Below, in pieces: positions 47,138 through 49,446 of a stretch of DNA of 49,446 nt. Every line of letters begins with the position of its first letter. Positions within the stretch are counted from its first letter, which is position 1. The notes below the pieces were generated by a model. That model saw only the letters and a program-made list of their open reading frames with translations, made no database searches and was not told the origin of the DNA. A program made the position numbers and the translations under genes. Origin of the DNA: Chlorobiota bacterium (GTDB taxonomy: Bacteria; Bacteroidota; Bacteroidia; JAADEI01); the NCBI GenBank assembly GCA_013153515.1, contig JAADEI010000009.1, positions 1-49,446 on the forward strand, in the 5' to 3' direction.

Positions 47138-48211
47138 ATGGCAAAAGTTAAAGAACAAGAAGCAATTGTTCCACACGAGGCGATACTTTACAAGAAGTTA
47201 AAAAAGAACTATGTTCAATGCACTGCTTGCCATCACTGGTGTGCTATTAAGCCCGGGGAGAACGGCAAATGCGGAGTGAGAGTGAACATTAACGGAAAGT
47301 TATATCTTGCTGTTTATGGCTATCCGGCGGCGATAAACGTTGACCCAGTGGAGAAAAAGCCTCTTTTCCATTTTCTTCCTGGTGAATTAATCTTGAGCCT
47401 TGGAACTGTTGGATGCAACTTCTTCTGTGCTTTTTGTCAGAACTGGGACATTAGCCAATGGCGACAGATTAAGGTTAGGGAAGACGGGAAGGTGACGGGC
47501 GTGAGAGGTGTTTATGTTCCGCCTGAGGGCATTGTAGCACTGGCGAAAAGATATAATTCACGATTGATTGCATACACTTACAATGAACCCACTGTGTGGG
47601 TGGAATATGCTTACGACATAGCAAGATTGGCTGTTCAGGAAGGGATGCGAAATGTGTTTGTATCCAGTGGGTTTGAAACTCATCATGTGTGGGACTTAAT
47701 AGGGGATTATTTACATGCCATCAATGTGGACCTGAAATCTTTCTCAGACAAGTTTTACAAAGAGATATGTGGCACGAGGTTAAAGCCAGTTCTTGAAAAC
47801 ATTGAGTTTCTGGGCACTAAGATGAGAGATAAAATTTGGATGGAGATAACAACGCTTATAATTGATGGATACAACGACTCAGAGGAGGAACTTCGTGAGA
47901 TTGCCCGGTTTATTGCTTCGGTTAACAAAGACATTCCGTGGCACATCACGGCTGCCCATCCGGCGTATAAGATGACAGATATTAAACGGACTCCTCCCGA
48001 TTCGCTGCTAAGGGCGTATGAGATAGGGAAGGAGGAAGGCTTGAACTATGTGTATGTTGGCAATGTTTCAGACCCAAAGCATTCTTCAACTTATTGTCCT
48101 AATTGTGGGGAATTGCTTATCTGGCGGGATTGGTATCGTGTTCTTGAATTATGGAAGGAGCGGGGCAAGTGTCATAAGTGTGGAACTCAAATCCCGGGAG
48201 TATGGCAATAA
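47138..48211 (+). CDS. amrS: AmmeMemoRadiSam system radical SAM enzyme
   Basis: CxxCxHxC..G.CGVR, DPVEKKPLFHF.PG, GCNFFCAFCQNW.ISQ (CxxxCxxC), YTYNEP, YVYVGN, C-terminal CPNCG/CHKCG. Confidence 0.93.
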   Translation: MAKVKEQEAIVPHEAILYKKLKKNYVQCTACHHWCAIKPGENGKCGVRVNINGKLYLAVYGYPAAINVDPVEKKPLFHFLPGELILSLGTVGCNFFCAFCQNWDISQWRQIKVREDGKVTGVRGVYVPPEGIVALAKRYNSRLIAYTYNEPTVWVEYAYDIARLAVQEGMRNVFVSSGFETHHVWDLIGDYLHAINVDLKSFSDKFYKEICGTRLKPVLENIEFLGTKMRDKIWMEITTLIIDGYNDSEEELREIARFIASVNKDIPWHITAAHPAYKMTDIKRTPPDSLLRAYEIGKEEGLNYVYVGNVSDPKHSSTYCPNCGELLIWRDWYRVLELWKERGKCHKCGTQIPGVWQ

Positions 48212-48990
48212 GGAAACCTGCTGTGGCTGGATATTTTTATCCTGCTGACCCGCAGGAGTTGCTTGCTATGCTTGACACATTGGTTCCCAAATTAAGCGGT
48301 GATGTTAAACCGCCTGTTGCCCTTGTTGTTCCGCATGCTGGGTACATCTACTCTGGACCGTTTGCTGGACAGGGCTATGCGTTGTTAAAGCCCTATGGCA
48401 AGCGAGGTGTTCCGCCTACCGTGTGGGTCCTTGCCCCCTCACACTTCTATCCTTTTCCGGGGGTTAGCGTGGGGCCATACACGCATTGGGAGACGCCACT
48501 GGGAATGGTTCCTGTGTCTCCGAAGGCTCAGAAACTGCTTCAGTCTGCCCCGGGCTTGATAACTGATGACCCTCTTCCGCACGTGCGTGAACATTCTCTT
48601 GAAGTCCAGTTGCCCTTTTTACAATATGTTTTGGGAGATTTCTACTTAGTGCCTTTGAGTTTCGGAGATGTTGGTATTCCCTCAATTGCCGAGGTGATAA
48701 TGCAACATCTGGACCCGGAAGACATTATTATTGTGTCCACAGACCTGAGCCACTATTATCCAGACCACATTGCCCGACAACTGGATAGCAAAACCCTTGA
48801 AATAGCATTATCAGGGGACTGGCAAGGCTTGCTTGGTAGGGAAGCCTGCGGTAGGTATCCATGGGCAACGGGAGTGTACATAGCCAATAAGAAAGGGTGG
48901 ACTCCCAAATTGATTGCTTACGGAACCAGTGCCGACACTGCTGGGGACAAGGATTCTGTGGTGGGGTATGCGACGGTGGGGTATTGGTGA
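48202..48990 (+). CDS. amrB: AmmeMemoRadiSam system protein B (MEMO1 family)
   Basis: RKPAVAG.FYP, PHAGY.YSG, PSH, TPLG, EHSLEVQLPFLQ, STDLSHY, ACG, VVGY. ATG 48202 overlaps the amrS stop. Confidence 0.93.
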   Translation: MAIRKPAVAGYFYPADPQELLAMLDTLVPKLSGDVKPPVALVVPHAGYIYSGPFAGQGYALLKPYGKRGVPPTVWVLAPSHFYPFPGVSVGPYTHWETPLGMVPVSPKAQKLLQSAPGLITDDPLPHVREHSLEVQLPFLQYVLGDFYLVPLSFGDVGIPSIAEVIMQHLDPEDIIIVSTDLSHYYPDHIARQLDSKTLEIALSGDWQGLLGREACGRYPWATGVYIANKKGWTPKLIAYGTSADTAGDKDSVVGYATVGYW

Positions 48991-49026
48991 GTATATAAGT
49001 AAAGTATAAAGTATATATTCTAAAAT

Positions 49027-49446
49027 TTAGCCCATTCTTCCAGTTACGTAGCTTTCAGTGAGCGGATGCGAAGGTGCGGTGAGAAGTTTTTTGGTGTCGC
49101 TGTATTCAACGAGGTATCCGAGGAAGAAGAAGGCGGCGAAGTGGCTAACACGTCCTGCTTGGTGGATGTTATGAGTGACGAGGACGACGGTCATTTCTTT
49201 GCCCAGATCAGAGATGAGTTTTTCAATTTTGGTTGTAGCGATGGGGTCCAGGGCACTGGTTGGCTCGTCCATTAGGATAACTTCTGGTTTAGTGGCTAGG
49301 GCTCGGGCTATACACAGTCTTTGTTGCTGTCCTCCTGAAAGGGAATATGCGTTGTCTTTGAGGCGGTCTTTGACTTCGTCCCATAGGGCTGCTTGTTGCA
49401 ATGCCCACTCAACTGTTTCGTCCAAAATGCTTTTTTTCTTTATTCC
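49027..49446 (-). CDS. pstB: Phosphate ABC transporter ATP-binding protein (5'-truncated by the window edge)
   Basis: [49 protein letters not shown]. Frame stays open to base 49446. Confidence 0.93.
   Translation of the reverse strand, partial: GIKKKSILDETVEWALQQAALWDEVKDRLKDNAYSLSGGQQQRLCIARALATKPEVILMDEPTSALDPIATTKIEKLISDLGKEMTVVLVTHNIHQAGRVSHFAAFFFLGYLVEYSDTKKLLTAPSHPLTESYVTGRMG

Noticed and set aside
48991-49026. GTATA/AAGTA micro-repeats between amrB and pstB
   Set aside because: Short low-complexity AT spacer with no regular period or stem.
1-49446. tRNA, rRNA, CRISPR array, IS or prophage
   Set aside because: No cloverleaf or T-loop motifs in the short intergenic gaps, no periodic repeats, and no transposase, integrase or phage ORFs seen.

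Overview
This is a very compact, mostly housekeeping 49-kb segment from a Bacteroidota-type chromosome. Supporting signs are TAnnTTTG -7 promoter elements, few Shine-Dalgarno-like sites, a T9SS C-terminal sorting domain and a long-tailed S16; the K/E/R-rich proteins suggest a thermophile (inference). I call about 40 CDSs: PafA-type phosphatase, Rel, Fur, IaaA, TrxB, NUDIX, two crotonases, GatB, TlpA, Dtd, MgtE, an M43 protease, a beta-propeller plus MsbA-like exporter, RimM/S16, TSUP, S41 protease, YidD, DUF4159, YceI, a metallophosphoesterase, a 3'-5' exonuclease, a tandem ABC ATPase, RNase R, wza-wzc-wecA-like genes, RsmF- and TrmH-like methyltransferases, Hsp20, a PPTase, an M28 peptidase, GlyA and a TPR lipoprotein. 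An accessory-looking right end holds an AT-rich single-chain restriction-modification enzyme, PolX-PHP, AmmeMemoRadiSam AmrS/AmrB and a truncated PstB. I found no tRNA, rRNA, CRISPR array or transposase. The most interesting signals are non-genic: at least six genes appear leaderless (-7 box 4-5 nt before the start codon), one divergent pair shares a palindromic back-to-back promoter, pafA and rel overlap head-to-head, a ~22-kb internal domain has reversed GC skew regardless of gene orientation, five 4-bp palindromes look strongly depleted, a consensus sigma54 promoter precedes the propeller-ABC exporter pair, and the RM gene carries a T9 tract. All calls come from reading the sequence by eye; no database search was run.
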